64,000 nucleotides of DNA from Acidobacteriota bacterium (GCA_965205505.1 CBDBHB010000008.1:576001-640000), one strand, 5' to 3'. Shown: positions 40,202 to 50,384, counted from the stretch's first letter. Translations and numbers: made by a program. The notes: generated from the sequence alone by a model not told the origin.

Positions 40202-43200
40202 TCACTCTCGGCAGTCGGGGTGCGGGCTCGTCGAGCTGATCCGGCTACCATAAGCGCTGCAGCGCGCCGCGCACGAAGTCGGGTCGTCGAGTCCGGTGCC
40301 GAACCTGTAGTCGGCGTAGTTCAGGTCGGTTTCCTTGCCGGTCTTGTGATTGACCATCTTCATCAGGTGCGGGCGCCAGTACTGGTCGTCGTACTGGCGG
40401 TAGTCGGTCAGCTCGAGCGATTTGAGCAACTCTCCGCGACGGTCGTAGAAGTCGACCTTACGGATCTGAAAGTCCTGTTGATCGACCCAGGAGATTTGCT
40501 TGGTGTAGCCGGAGTGCTCGTAGCGGGGCGTACGCTCCAGAACGTCGCAGACCAGGTCGCCGCAGCTCTCCTCACGCAGGTAGCGGTAGTCGTACTTCTC
40601 GAGCTCCAGTGCGGTGAAGTCTTCGAAGGCAAACTCGCTGCCTACGAAGGGGCCCGACTTGTTGACCGACGAGATGCGCTTGACGCGCCGCAGCGCCGGT
40701 AGGTACAGCCACTGATCGTCCGGGTCGAGGATCTTGGCGTGCGACAGCAACGCCGTACCGTTGATGTCGGCGGGACTGTCGAAAATCACCAGGCTACGAT
40801 CGCCCAGATCGTCGCGCGGCACCTCGAGAGTGCGGATGCGAAGCACCCGTGTGGATTCCTTGCCGGCCGCATTGCGCAGAACCATGGTCAGCTCGACGTC
40901 GCTGTCGCCGAAGCCGCGATCGCTGTGGTCGGCTCGGGCAGCGATCTGGTAACCCTTCTCGGCCGCGTCGAGCACCGTGCCTGCGGCGTCGGCGCCGACG
41001 GACTGCGCGTCGGCGCCAGCGCCGATTCCCAATAGCAGGGTCAACGCCAGCGCGGTCGTCGCCTTGCCCAATCGCCAATCTGCAGATGAGGTCGTCATGT
41101 CGTTCTCCTTTGCTTTGGATTTGTGGCCAATCAACAACAGTGCGGGGAGCAGCAGCAGGTCGGCCAACAGCGCCAACAGCACGGCGATGGCAGTCAACAG
41201 ACCCATCTGCGCGTTGATGCGGAAGGTCGAGAAGGCGAGCACAACAAAGCCGAAGGCGAGAATGACGGTGGTGCTGACAAGCGCTCTGCCAACGGTGTCG
41301 AAGGCGTAGCGCACCGCCTGAGCCTGATCGAGGCCCTTCTCGCGGCGGGCGCGCAGGTACTTGGTGAGAAAGTGCACCGAGTCGTCGACGACGATTCCCA
41401 AGGAGGTCGCGGACACGGTGGCGGCCGCCATGCCTACTTGGCCAACCAGCAGCGCCCACACACCGAAGGTCATGAGGATGGGAATTGTGTTCGGGATCAG
41501 GCTCAGGCCGCCGATCGCCACGCTGCGCAAGGCAAGCATGATAACCGCCGAGATCAACAGCACCGCCACGGCGTTGCCTCCCAGCATGCTTTGGATGTTG
41601 CGCTGTGAGATGTACGCAAACATCACCGAGGCGCCGGTGGGTTGAGCGTGCATGTACGCCGGCGTCTCGGCCCGCAACCAGCCGGTCGAGCGGTCGAGCA
41701 GAGCGCGGATCTCGCTGGTGGGGATGTCGTCAACGGTTGCGGTGACCCTGGTCGCCGACTTGTCGATGCTGATGCGGTCGTTCAGATCCAGGCCATACGG
41801 GAGCGACAGCTCGTAGAGCAGCAGGTACTGCGCCGCCAGCTGTCGATCGCTCGGGATGCGATACCAGCTCGGATCGTCGGCGTTCATGTTCTTGTTGAGG
41901 CGCTTGATCACATCGGCGTAGCTGTAGACGTGGCGTACCTCGGGTTGCTGGCGCAGCCAGCCAGTGAAGCGCTCGAGGTTGGCCAGGTACACCGGATCGC
42001 TGACCCCCTCAGCGCCGTCAGCTCCGACCGAGTACTCGATCAGGTAGATGCCGTTGAGGTTTTCCATGCCCCACTCGGCGGCGCCGCGAAACTCCACGCG
42101 GTAATCGAAATACTTGACGAACTCGTCGTTGAGATCGATCGTCGGCACGAGCGCCACCAGCACGAGCGTCAAAGTCCCCATGGTGACGAGCACGGTCCGA
42201 TGCCGCCGCACGACGAGGTCGGCAAGGGCGCCCAGCGGGCGCGCCAATCCGCGCCGTGAGGCGACCGCCGCGGGCACGCGAAGCGGCACCATGCTCAGGA
42301 AGGCAGGCAGGAACACGACCGAAAACAGCAGTGCGGCCACAATACCTACCGCGGTGATATTGCCCATGTCGCGGAACGGCGGCGCATCGGAGAAGTTGAG
42401 CGCCAGAAAGCCGATGACCGTGGTGATGCTGGTGATGACCAGTGCCACCAAGTTGATCCTCAACGACTCGCGCAGCGCATCGATCTTGCGCATACCCTCT
42501 CCCATCAACTGCCGAACGGTGATCAGCATGTGCACGCTGTCGGCAATTCCGAGCGTCATGATGATCACCGCAGCGGTCACCGAGATGGGGTTGAGCTTCA
42601 GACCGGCGTAGCCGGCCAACCCCAGCGCGCTGCTGGTGGCGAAAGCGATCACCGCCAGCGTTCCCGCTGTGCCCGAGAAGCTGCGCAGCACCAGCAACAT
42701 GAAGACCACCAGCACCAGGAACATCGCCGGCATCAGCGTTGTGGCGTCCTGCTGACCGGCCTCTGCGAAGGCGTTGTTGAGCATCGACACACCGCTCAGG
42801 GCGACGGTCAATCCCGGCTGCCGGGCACGTAGCTGGTCGGCCAGGTCACGAGCGCGGCCCACTGCCGCGGGCACCTCGGTGAGGCTCTCCTCGGGATACT
42901 GGAGGGTGACGTTGATGCCGGTGGTGCGCGCATCGGGCGACAACAGGTTGCCGCGCAGCAGCTGCTCGTCGAGCGCTATCTGGCGACGTCGAGAAAGCTC
43001 ATCCGCCGACAACGAGCGCCCATCACGCACCAGGTTCTCAACGGTAAGGTCGTCGCCATCCGCCCAGCTGTGCTGGAAGTTGGTCACCGAATCGACACGG
43101 ATCGCGTACGGAATCTTCCAGGATTCGGCAGTGAGCCACTCGATGTCGGCGAGCAGCTCAGGCGCGAACACATCGCCTTCGGCCGGTTGCAGCACGAACA

Positions 43201-43435
43201 GGATGTTGTCGTTCTTGGTGTAAGTGGCCTGAAACTCTTCGAAGGCCAACAGCTCGGGGTTGTCCGAGCCGAAGAACACGCGGTAGTTGTTGGCGAACTC
43301 GAGGTGACGCGTACCGCTGGCAGCAGCTGCAACGATCAGCAGCGTGATCGCCATGATGCGCCACGGATGCGCCAGTACGCTGTCGGCGATACGCAGCGCC
43401 AGACGGTCCATCAAACCTGGCTGTGTCGATGACAT
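40202..43435 (-). CDS. MMPL/RND transporter fused in frame to a LolA-like outer-membrane lipoprotein-sorting protein
   Basis: LGIADSVH and LGIVVDDSVHF RND motifs; then DDQWLYLPALRRVKRISS..GPFVGSEFAFED; probable single-base frameshift near 40283. Confidence 0.85.
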   Translation of the reverse strand: MSSTQPGLMDRLALRIADSVLAHPWRIMAITLLIVAAAASGTRHLEFANNYRVFFGSDNPELLAFEEFQATYTKNDNILFVLQPAEGDVFAPELLADIEWLTAESWKIPYAIRVDSVTNFQHSWADGDDLTVENLVRDGRSLSADELSRRRQIALDEQLLRGNLLSPDARTTGINVTLQYPEESLTEVPAAVGRARDLADQLRARQPGLTVALSGVSMLNNAFAEAGQQDATTLMPAMFLVLVVFMLLVLRSFSGTAGTLAVIAFATSSALGLAGYAGLKLNPISVTAAVIIMTLGIADSVHMLITVRQLMGEGMRKIDALRESLRINLVALVITSITTVIGFLALNFSDAPPFRDMGNITAVGIVAALLFSVVFLPAFLSMVPLRVPAAVASRRGLARPLGALADLVVRRHRTVLVTMGTLTLVLVALVPTIDLNDEFVKYFDYRVEFRGAAEWGMENLNGIYLIEYSVGADGAEGVSDPVYLANLERFTGWLRQQPEVRHVYSYADVIKRLNKNMNADDPSWYRIPSDRQLAAQYLLLYELSLPYGLDLNDRISIDKSATRVTATVDDIPTSEIRALLDRSTGWLRAETPAYMHAQPTGASVMFAYISQRNIQSMLGGNAVAVLLISAVIMLALRSVAIGGLSLIPNTIPILMTFGVWALLVGQVGMAAATVSATSLGIVVDDSVHFLTKYLRARREKGLDQAQAVRYAFDTVGRALVSTTVILAFGFVVLAFSTFRINAQMGLLTAIAVLLALLADLLLLPALLLIGHKSKAKENDMTTSSADWRLGKATTALALTLLLGIGAGADAQSVGADAAGTVLDAAEKGYQIAARADHSDRGFGDSDVELTMVLRNAAGKESTRVLRIRTLEVPRDDLGDRSLVIFDSPADINGTALLSHAKILDPDDQWLYLPALRRVKRISSVNKSGPFVGSEFAFEDFTALELEKYDYRYLREESCGDLVCDVLERTPRYEHSGYTKQISWVDQQDFQIRKVDFYDRRGELLKSLELTDYRQYDDQYWRPHLMKMVNHKTGKETDLNYADYRFGTGLDDPTSCAARCSAYGSRISSTSPHPDCRE

Positions 43436-43475
43436 GGTTGCTTCCCTCCCTGGGCAGAGGCCGGTTCGAAGATAT

Positions 43476-43492
43476 CTAGAATGATCAGTCCA
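43476..43492. promoter_or_regulatory. Putative TetR operator upstream of the MMPL gene
   Basis: CTAGAATGATCAGTCCA, 13/17 match to 44122-44138; imperfect palindrome resembling a NemR-type box. Confidence 0.5.
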
Positions 43493-43514
43493 TGTTTTGC
43501 GAAAAAAAAGTGGC

Positions 43515-44102
43515 TCACGCCGCCTCCATCGTGCTCAGCAATGCTCGCATGGCACCTAGCGCGACCGGCTTGCTATCAGGCACCTTGCTGAGCAAGGCTG
43601 CCCCCTGCACGGTAACGATCAACAGATTGCCGAGGTCCTCGGGATCCAGATGCGCGCCGATCTCGCCATCGGCCTGCGCCCGATTCAGGGTAGCGACGAA
43701 ATCCTTGCGCAGTTGCTCGAGCGCTCGCTTTAGGCAAGCGCCCACTTCCGCGTCGTGGGGCCCGAACTCGGCGACGGTGTTACCCACCAGGCAACCGCAG
43801 TCCTGTTCCGTGCCGAGCTGCTCCCACCGTGCCATTACTCGCTTGAGGTTGTCGAGCGCCGAGCCTGGGGCGCGCAGCATCGACCGGACGGCACCCACCT
43901 GGTGGCTGATGTAGAGATCGAGCGCTTCCGCAAACAACTCCCGCTTGTTGCCGAATGTGTCGTACATGCTCTGCCGACCGATGCCCATGGCGTCGAGCAA
44001 TTCCGTGACACCCGTCGCCTCGTAGCCCTGTTGCCAGAACAGCTGCATGGCGCGGCCGAGCGCCTCGTCGCGGTCGAATTGCTTGTCGGGTCCTCGTGTC
44101 AT
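43515..44102 (-). CDS. TetR/AcrR family regulator (NemR/ComR-like)
   Basis: FDRDEALGRAMQLFWQQGYEAT..SMYDTFGNKRELF; GCLVGN. Confidence 0.92.
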   Translation of the reverse strand: MTRGPDKQFDRDEALGRAMQLFWQQGYEATGVTELLDAMGIGRQSMYDTFGNKRELFAEALDLYISHQVGAVRSMLRAPGSALDNLKRVMARWEQLGTEQDCGCLVGNTVAEFGPHDAEVGACLKRALEQLRKDFVATLNRAQADGEIGAHLDPEDLGNLLIVTVQGAALLSKVPDSKPVALGAMRALLSTMEAA

Positions 44103-44121
44103 GAGCGTCAAGGTAGCAAAC

Positions 44122-44138
44122 CTGGAACGATCAATCAA
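44122..44138. promoter_or_regulatory. Putative TetR autoregulatory operator
   Basis: CTGGAACGATCAATCAA, 20 bp upstream of the tetR start; similar to 43476-43492. Confidence 0.5.
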
Positions 44139-44178
44139 TGATTTATTCGAGAAAAGTCGCCCCTTTCCTATCGGCGCC

Positions 44179-44220
44179 CACTAGTGGCCTGCAACAGACA
44201 ATCGTTACAGGCCACTAGTG
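44179..44220. repeat. 42-bp palindrome bounded by CTAG (possible minimal IS-end relic)
   Basis: CACTAGTGGCCTGCAAC-agacaatc-GTTACAGGCCACTAGTG, 16/17 inverted match. Confidence 0.6.
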
Positions 44221-44287
44221 CTCCTTATCAGGAGTACTAGTATCGGAGCTCCGCACGTCAGACTCGTCGACTCGCTGGAGCAAGCCC

Positions 44288-44524
44288 TTGCCGGCCATTC
44301 GTACTCTCGCTGCCTTGATGTTGGTGGCAGGAGTGGGAGGATGCGCCCCGAGCGACGGGCCGCCGTTGATCGTCAAGCCCACCTTCGAGCTGCTCGGCGA
44401 GGAACTTCTGCGGCTCGGTCGACACGAGGAGGCAACTGCGGCATTCCAGCGCGCCGCGGAGCGGGCTCCAGGCCGCGCCGCGGCGGTTCGCGGACTGGCC
44501 CGGTCGCGCACCTCGGCGCGATGA
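44288..44524 (+). pseudogene. Internally deleted TPR lipoprotein (signal peptide joined to the last TPR)
   Basis: LMLVAGVGGC lipobox followed directly by PPLIVKPTFELLGEELLRLGRHEEATAAFQRA..PGR. Confidence 0.5.
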
Positions 44525-44584
44525 CAGCGATGGTCCAAGGCAGCCACGACGCGCGCCGACGCTACGGCCTCTGCGGCGGCGTGG

Positions 44585-45214
44585 CTACAAACTCGGAGAG
44601 ACGCGCCTCGCCGCGACGATGACCTCCGGATCGAGCTCCGCGGCGTGCGACGTGCTGGGTTCCTTCGTCTGGTGTGGCTCGCTGCGTCGGGTGAGCGAGT
44701 GCTTCGTGGCGAGCTCTTCGCCGTCCCGCAACCCCACGAAGCTCAGCACGACGTGGTCCTCGTCGATGAATGCGACAGCTAGCTCGCGGGTGTGGTACGC
44801 GTTCGGCGTCGTGAGATTCGTGACGTCGACGAACTCGAAGCGAAGCATCGCGCTTTCCGGGTCGTACGACGCAGCCCGCATGCGCGGCTGATTGCCGGCA
44901 TTGCAATAGTGGGTCAGCCGCAGATCGCCACCGTCCATATGGTAGACGCTGCTCATCGGCGGATCACCGACAAACTCCTCGATGAGCGCCGAGCCCTCGC
45001 CGGTGAGGTGATACTCCACGACGCGGCCATACTCCTGCTCGTCCCACGTTCCGACCAGCGTCTTGAGACGCTCGAACATTGGCGCGAAGTCGTCGTCCGG
45101 GTTGATCGCAGGCGCGGATCCTGCTGTCGACGCGGCCACACCAGGCAGCGCCACCACCAACGCAACAGCGACGACGCTCGCTGCAGTCAAGGTCAGCCAA
45201 TTGAGTCTTGTCAC
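44585..45214 (-). CDS. Conserved secreted hypothetical protein
   Basis: RBS GGAGG, GTG start, signal peptide; FERLKTLVGTW..MSSVYHMDG..LTHYCNAGNQPRM. Confidence 0.7.
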   Translation of the reverse strand: MTRLNWLTLTAASVVAVALVVALPGVAASTAGSAPAINPDDDFAPMFERLKTLVGTWDEQEYGRVVEYHLTGEGSALIEEFVGDPPMSSVYHMDGGDLRLTHYCNAGNQPRMRAASYDPESAMLRFEFVDVTNLTTPNAYHTRELAVAFIDEDHVVLSFVGLRDGEELATKHSLTRRSEPHQTKEPSTSHAAELDPEVIVAARRVSPSL

Positions 45215-45336
45215 ACCGTGCCTCCGGTAAGGGGACCTCGTTGGAGCGCGCGCCGGTCGGCGCAGCGCAAACACGTTTCCCGGTGGGACTCGATCACGAG
45301 CACGTTCGTTACAACGAGCGCCCGCACCGCCGTCTT

Positions 45337-46077
45337 CTATCCGCCGCCGTTGATCGCCCGGATCTCGACGAAGCCGCCGTACTGGATACTCGGCGAGGAC
45401 ACGGCGATACGGCGGGCCTCCTGCGGGTCCGCGGCGCGGATGATCATGAAGCCGGCAATGCGTCCGGTCAGCAGAGTCCCACTGGGCGGCGTGCCCACCG
45501 GCAGACCGTCGACCAGCCCGACCACCGACTCGACCACGCCCTGTTCGGCCAGCGCCTGGATCCACTCGCCCATCTCGGTGGCGACCTGATCGGCAAGCTC
45601 GGGGCCCTCCGCGGTGGCCGTCATGATGAGCAGGTAGCGATCTCCTTCGGCAAGAGTCGGGGTCGATTCTTGCCGAAGGGCGTCGTAGCCAGTCGCCAAC
45701 GCTACACCGAGCCCAACCAGAGCTATTGAGGCGGCGGCACGCCACAGCAGGCCTGTCCAATCGATTCCGTCGACTGCCTGGCCGGTCGGGCTAGTGCCGG
45801 GCTGGTCCTCGTCCGGGCGCGTACGCGTAGGCGGGGGCGCATCCAGCTCCGCACCGAACTCCTCGCGAACACTGGCTTGCAAACGCTCCAGTCCATTCGC
45901 TCGCGGCTCCGGAATCAGCGCTGCGAACAGCTCGCCCCACAGCTGCTCGATTCCCGCGGCCTCGGCAGCGCACACCTCGCAGCCGGCAATGTGTTGCCTT
46001 AGCTCATCGATCTGCGCCTGGTCGAGCGGCTCGACATGAGCATCGATCATCAGCTCGCGAGCGCGATCGCAGCTCAT
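45337..46077 (-). CDS. Anti-sigma factor: zf-HC2 + TM + YciI-like domain
   Basis: MSC...HIAGCEVC; TM helix; IAGFMIIRAADPQEARRIAVSSP..GGFVEIRAI. Confidence 0.8.
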   Translation of the reverse strand: MSCDRARELMIDAHVEPLDQAQIDELRQHIAGCEVCAAEAAGIEQLWGELFAALIPEPRANGLERLQASVREEFGAELDAPPPTRTRPDEDQPGTSPTGQAVDGIDWTGLLWRAAASIALVGLGVALATGYDALRQESTPTLAEGDRYLLIMTATAEGPELADQVATEMGEWIQALAEQGVVESVVGLVDGLPVGTPPSGTLLTGRIAGFMIIRAADPQEARRIAVSSPSIQYGGFVEIRAINGGG

Positions 46078-46670
46078 CGCTCACCGTCCCGGAGAGAATC
46101 GACGATCGATTTGAGCTCGCGGACGGCCCGGTGCACGCGAACACGAACCGCTCCTTCGCTGATGCCGCAGTGCTCGGCAAGCTGCGCATATCCGAGCTCC
46201 CGGATCTGACTCATCACCAGGAGCTCTCGCTTTTCCGGGGCCAGGCGCTCGAGGGCTTCCCGCAGCACCACTACCCGGTCGTCGTCGGGCGGTGTCACCT
46301 GTTCCAAGTCGGCTGCCTCGGTCGCCAGCTCGCGAACGGCGGTGCCTTCCTTGCTTTTGGCGCGCAGATGATCGATGCAGACATTGGCGACGATGCGGTA
46401 CAGCCACGTCGAAAATCGGGCCGTTCCCTTGAAGCCCTTACGGTAGCGAAGCACCCGCAGGAACGACTCCTGCACCAGGTCGTCTGACGTGTGGCGGTCG
46501 CCGACCATCCGATAACACTGGGCGAAGACCTTCCGGGAGTGGCGCTCGAACAGTGTGCCCAGGAGGTCGAGATGACCCTCCTGTATGGCCTTCATCATGA
46601 TTTCGTCGCATGGATAGACCACGCACCGCGCTCGGGTCGACTCGCCGCCAGGCTGTAACGAAGCTCGCAC
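46074..46670 (-). CDS. ECF RNA polymerase sigma factor
   Basis: DDLVQESFLRV, FSTWLYRIVANVCIDH, SEGAVRVRVHRA; start uncertain. Confidence 0.9.
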   Translation of the reverse strand: MRASLQPGGESTRARCVVYPCDEIMMKAIQEGHLDLLGTLFERHSRKVFAQCYRMVGDRHTSDDLVQESFLRVLRYRKGFKGTARFSTWLYRIVANVCIDHLRAKSKEGTAVRELATEAADLEQVTPPDDDRVVVLREALERLAPEKRELLVMSQIRELGYAQLAEHCGISEGAVRVRVHRAVRELKSIVDSLRDGER

Positions 46671-46751
46671 GCTCGGTTAGACCGTACCAGCGAGGAATTT
46701 GTTACAGCCCGTGGTTCGAAAGCGCGCCGGGCTCAGCGAGCGCACCTCACC

Positions 46752-46847
46752 TCATAGGAGTTGCCGTATCAGCAGGCCAGCGAGCAGTACGAGCGGCGTT
46801 ATAAGGATCAGTACGGGCGTAATCTCCACGATATCCGGGCGTCGCAT
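46752..46847 (-). CDS. Putative 31-aa single-TM small protein
   Basis: GAGGA RBS then MRRPDIVEITPVLILITPLVLLAGLLIRQLL*; below the ORF-track length cutoff. Confidence 0.4.
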   Translation of the reverse strand: MRRPDIVEITPVLILITPLVLLAGLLIRQLL

Positions 46848-46989
46848 GTTCTTCGTTCCTCAAGGGGATCGTTCGTGGCTTATTTGCCCGTCGGTCGCTT
46901 GGCGCTTCGCCTCATGTGACCGGCGTGTAAGGACGATCACACTGGATCGTCCTGCGCCCATCGTCCTTGCTCGAGCCAGATCCTGGCGC

Positions 46990-49011
46990 TCACTCGCGCA
47001 GCACCACCATCGGGTCGACGCGTGTTGCGCGGCGAGCCGGTAGCAAGCATGCAACCGTCGCCACTGCGAGCAGCAGCAACGGCACGACAACAAAAGTGGT
47101 CGCGTCAGTGGCACCAATACCGTAGAGCAGCGAGCCCATGAACCGCGTCAAGAAGAGGGCGGCTCCAACCCCCAGCGCCAACCCCACCCCAGCGACACGT
47201 AGCCCCTGGCCCAGCACCATGCGCAGCACTCCGCCGGCCTCAGCGCCAAGGGCCATGCGGATACCGAGCTCCCGGTAGCGCTCCGCAACCGAGTACGACA
47301 TGACACCGTATGTTCCTACCGTGGCGAGGGCGAGCGCCACCGAGCCGAAGATCCCCAGTAGCAGCGTCATGAACCGCGGCCTCGCCACCGCCGAGTACAG
47401 AGCGCTACTCATGGTCTGCACATCGGCCAACGGCAACGTCGGGTCGAGCGACCAGACCGCCTGGCGCGCCTGCCCCGCCACCTCGATCGGCGGCACTGTG
47501 GTGCGCATGACCACGTTCATGCTGCGCGGCGCAAAGTTCACCACCGCCGCAACCTGCGGGGTATAGAAGTACAGCTCGGTGCCGGTTTCGTTCTCGACAC
47601 CGTCCTGCTTGACGTCTGCCACCACCCCGACGATCGACATCCAGGGGTTGTCGTCACCGCAGCACGATCGCAGACGGCGTCCGATGGAACTCTCGCCCGG
47701 GAAGAATACCGACGCCAAGGTCTCGTTGACGATGGTGACGGGCTGGGCTCCTTCGCCCATATCCTGATCGCCGAACGGTCGTCCCTCCACCAGGTCGATT
47801 GCCATGGTGTTGAAATACCCGTCGGTCACCCACTGATAGAAGTCGACATTGTGCGGCGGGCCGTCCTCGGTGCGTTCGACGCCCTCGAACTCGGTGTCGT
47901 TGGCGTCGAGACGGCGGCGCGGAGGCAATCCACTCATCGCCGTTGCGGCAGCGACGCCCGGTATGGCGCCGAGCTTGTCGACCAGCTGGTTGAAGAAGGC
48001 GATCTGGGCGCGCCCGTCGGCGTACTCGGCGCTCGGCAAGTACAGTCGGAAGGTCAGCAGCGCTTCGGGATCGAATCCCGGATCGACGCTTTGGAGCTCG
48101 TCGAAGCTTCGCAGCATGAGCCCGGCGCCGATTACCAGCACCACCGCCAGCGCGATCTCGCTGACCACGAGCAAACGTCTCAGCCGCAGCTTTCCGAACC
48201 CGCTGGTGGATCGCTCGCCCCCCTCGCGCAGCGAGTTGGACAGGTTCCGCACCGTCATGTGCATCATCGGCGCCAATCCGAACAGCAGACCGGTGAGCAA
48301 CGACACCACGGTAGTAAAGACCAGCACCGAAGCATCGAGCGAGATGTCGTTGATACGCGGCAGCGAGTCGGGGCTGGTGGCGAGCAGCGCCCGCAATCCC
48401 CAGTTGCCGAGCAAGAGGCCAGCGGCACCGCCGGCGAGTGCCAGTAGGGCGCTCTCGGTGAGGAACTGGCGCACCAGCCGGCCGCGACTGGCGCCCAGGG
48501 CCGTGCGCACGGCGATCTCCTTCTGTCGGGCTTCGGATCGCGCCAGCAGCAGGTTGCCGACGTTGGCGCAGGCAATCAGCAGGACGAACCCGACGGCGCC
48601 GAGCAACAGCAAGAGCGCCGGGCGCACCTCGCCGACCACCTCGTCGCGCAGCTCCGTCAGGTGCAACGGATGCCCCTCGAGACTGGGTACGTGGCCGTCA
48701 GGAACACGATCGCGCCATTGGTCCAGCAGCCCGGCAAGCTCCGCTTCTGCGGCTCCCGGGGTGGCCCCGGCCGCTAGCCTGCCCACCGAGAACAAGAAGT
48801 GGTTGCCGCGCGGGCGCGGCGCTGCCGCGTCCAGCTGCAGCGGCGCCCAAACTTCCGTACCGTTGTCGTTGATATCGAAACCGGCCGGCATGACGCCGAC
48901 GATGTCGCTCGTCTGGCCGTTGATCTCGACGGTCTCTCCAACCGCCGCATCACGGCCGCCGAAGGCCCGCTGCCACAACTCCCACGACAACACCACCGCC
49001 AGCGACCCTCC
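46990..49011 (-). pseudogene. 5'-truncated ADOP/MacB-type ABC permease
   Basis: LLIACANVGNLLLAR, GTYGVMSYSV, PARRATRVDPMVVLRE; the frame begins at the IS end and the N-terminus is missing. Confidence 0.88.
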
Positions 49012-49045
49012 TGACCTGACCCCACGGTTAGTACCACGTCTTATC

Positions 49046-49939
49046 TCAGTAACTCGGTGCTGACAAGGGGTTGTTGAGGCCGGCGAAGCGGAGCGTAGCC
49101 GGCTTCAACAACAGCGCCTCCGGGGCCGGTGGTCGGTAGCCCAACGAGCTGTGCGGTCGCATGCGGTTGTACTGCTGCCTCCATCTCTCGATCAGAACCT
49201 TTGCCTCCTTGAGCGTGTAGAAGATCTCGCCGTTGAGCAGCTCGTCTCGGAGCTTGCCGTTGAAGCTCTCCACGTAGCCGTTCTCCCACGGCGAGCCCGG
49301 CTCGATGAACAGCGTGCCCACACCGAGCCTACCGAGCCAGTCGCGAACCGCCTCGGCGGTGAACTCCGGTCCGTTATCGGACCGGATGTGCTCAGGTATG
49401 CCCCGGTGCACGAACAACCACCCGAGCCGCTCGAGCACGTCCTCACAGTTGAGCTTCCGTGCCACGTCGATCGCCAGGCTTTCTCGTGTGTACTCATCGA
49501 CGATCGTCAGCAGCCTCATAGCCCGACCCTCGTGCGTCCGGTGATGAACGAAGTCATACGCCCAGACGTGATCTTTGCGCTGTGGTCGCAGCCGGATGCA
49601 CGAGCCATCGCTGAGCCACAGCCGGGCTCGTTTGGGCTGCTTTGTCGGTACTTTCAGCCCCTCACGCCTCCAGATACGCTGCACTCGTTTGTGGTTCACC
49701 CACCAGCCCTCCATACGCAACAACGCCGTCACTCGCCGATACCCGTAGCGCCCGTATTGTCGGGCTAGATCCACGATCCGCTCCGTCAACATCTGCTCAT
49801 CGCCCGGTTCTCTTGGCATGTACCTGTGTGTCGTGCGTGGTTGTTTCAGTACCCGGCACGCCCGCCTCTCGGAGACGCCCAGCCGCCCCCGTACATGCGC
49901 CACCGCCTCGCGCCGTCGAGCTGGGCTCAGAAGTTTCCC
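49046..49939 (-). CDS. IS3 transposase OrfB (expressed by -1 frameshift)
   Basis: [43 protein letters not shown]. Confidence 0.92.
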   Translation of the reverse strand, partial: GKLLSPARRREAVAHVRGRLGVSERRACRVLKQPRTTHRYMPREPGDEQMLTERIVDLARQYGRYGYRRVTALLRMEGWWVNHKRVQRIWRREGLKVPTKQPKRARLWLSDGSCIRLRPQRKDHVWAYDFVHHRTHEGRAMRLLTIVDEYTRESLAIDVARKLNCEDVLERLGWLFVHRGIPEHIRSDNGPEFTAEAVRDWLGRLGVGTLFIEPGSPWENGYVESFNGKLRDELLNGEIFYTLKEAKVLIERWRQQYNRMRPHSSLGYRPPAPEALLLKPATLRFAGLNNPLSAPSY

Positions 49940-50205
49940 TCCGCGACTTCCTTCAGGATCGACAGGTCGAGCTCTTTCTCCGCCACCAGTTTCTTGAGCC
50001 GGGCGTTTTCTTTCTCCAGCTGCTTGAGCCTTCTGGCCTGGTTGACCTTCAGCCCCCCGTACTCCCGCCGCCACCGATAGTAGGTGTGCTCGGTGATCGC
50101 TAGCTTGCGGCAGGCATCCTTGACCGTCCCGCCTTGCGCCTGCTCCACTTCAGCCTCCCGGAGCTTGCGTACGATCTGCTCGGCGCTGTGCCTCTTCGTC
50201 GGCAT
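49927..50205 (-). CDS. IS3 transposase OrfA
   Basis: [38 protein letters not shown]. Confidence 0.92.
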   Translation of the reverse strand: MPTKRHSAEQIVRKLREAEVEQAQGGTVKDACRKLAITEHTYYRWRREYGGLKVNQARRLKQLEKENARLKKLVAEKELDLSILKEVAEGNF

Positions 50206-50384
50206 TCTGACCTCCCCTTTTCGACCCAGATCGTGAGATTACCTCTGGATCCGTTTTGGGGGGTCAGGTCAGTTCTCCACGAGAAGAATCTTCCGGGCGA
50301 GGATGTTTCTTCCTCACGCATGCTGCTCCTCCCCAAGCGGGATGCGACCCGCTGTTTGCGCGCCGGCAGGTAGCCATGAAGCCT

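Larger units (their letters stand above)
49012..50271 (-). mobile_element. Complete IS3-family element (IS407-like)
   Basis: TIR TGACCTGACCCC at both ends; orfA and orfB with GGGAAAC -1 slippery site at 49939-49933; no target duplication (CTCC / GTTC). Confidence 0.92.
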
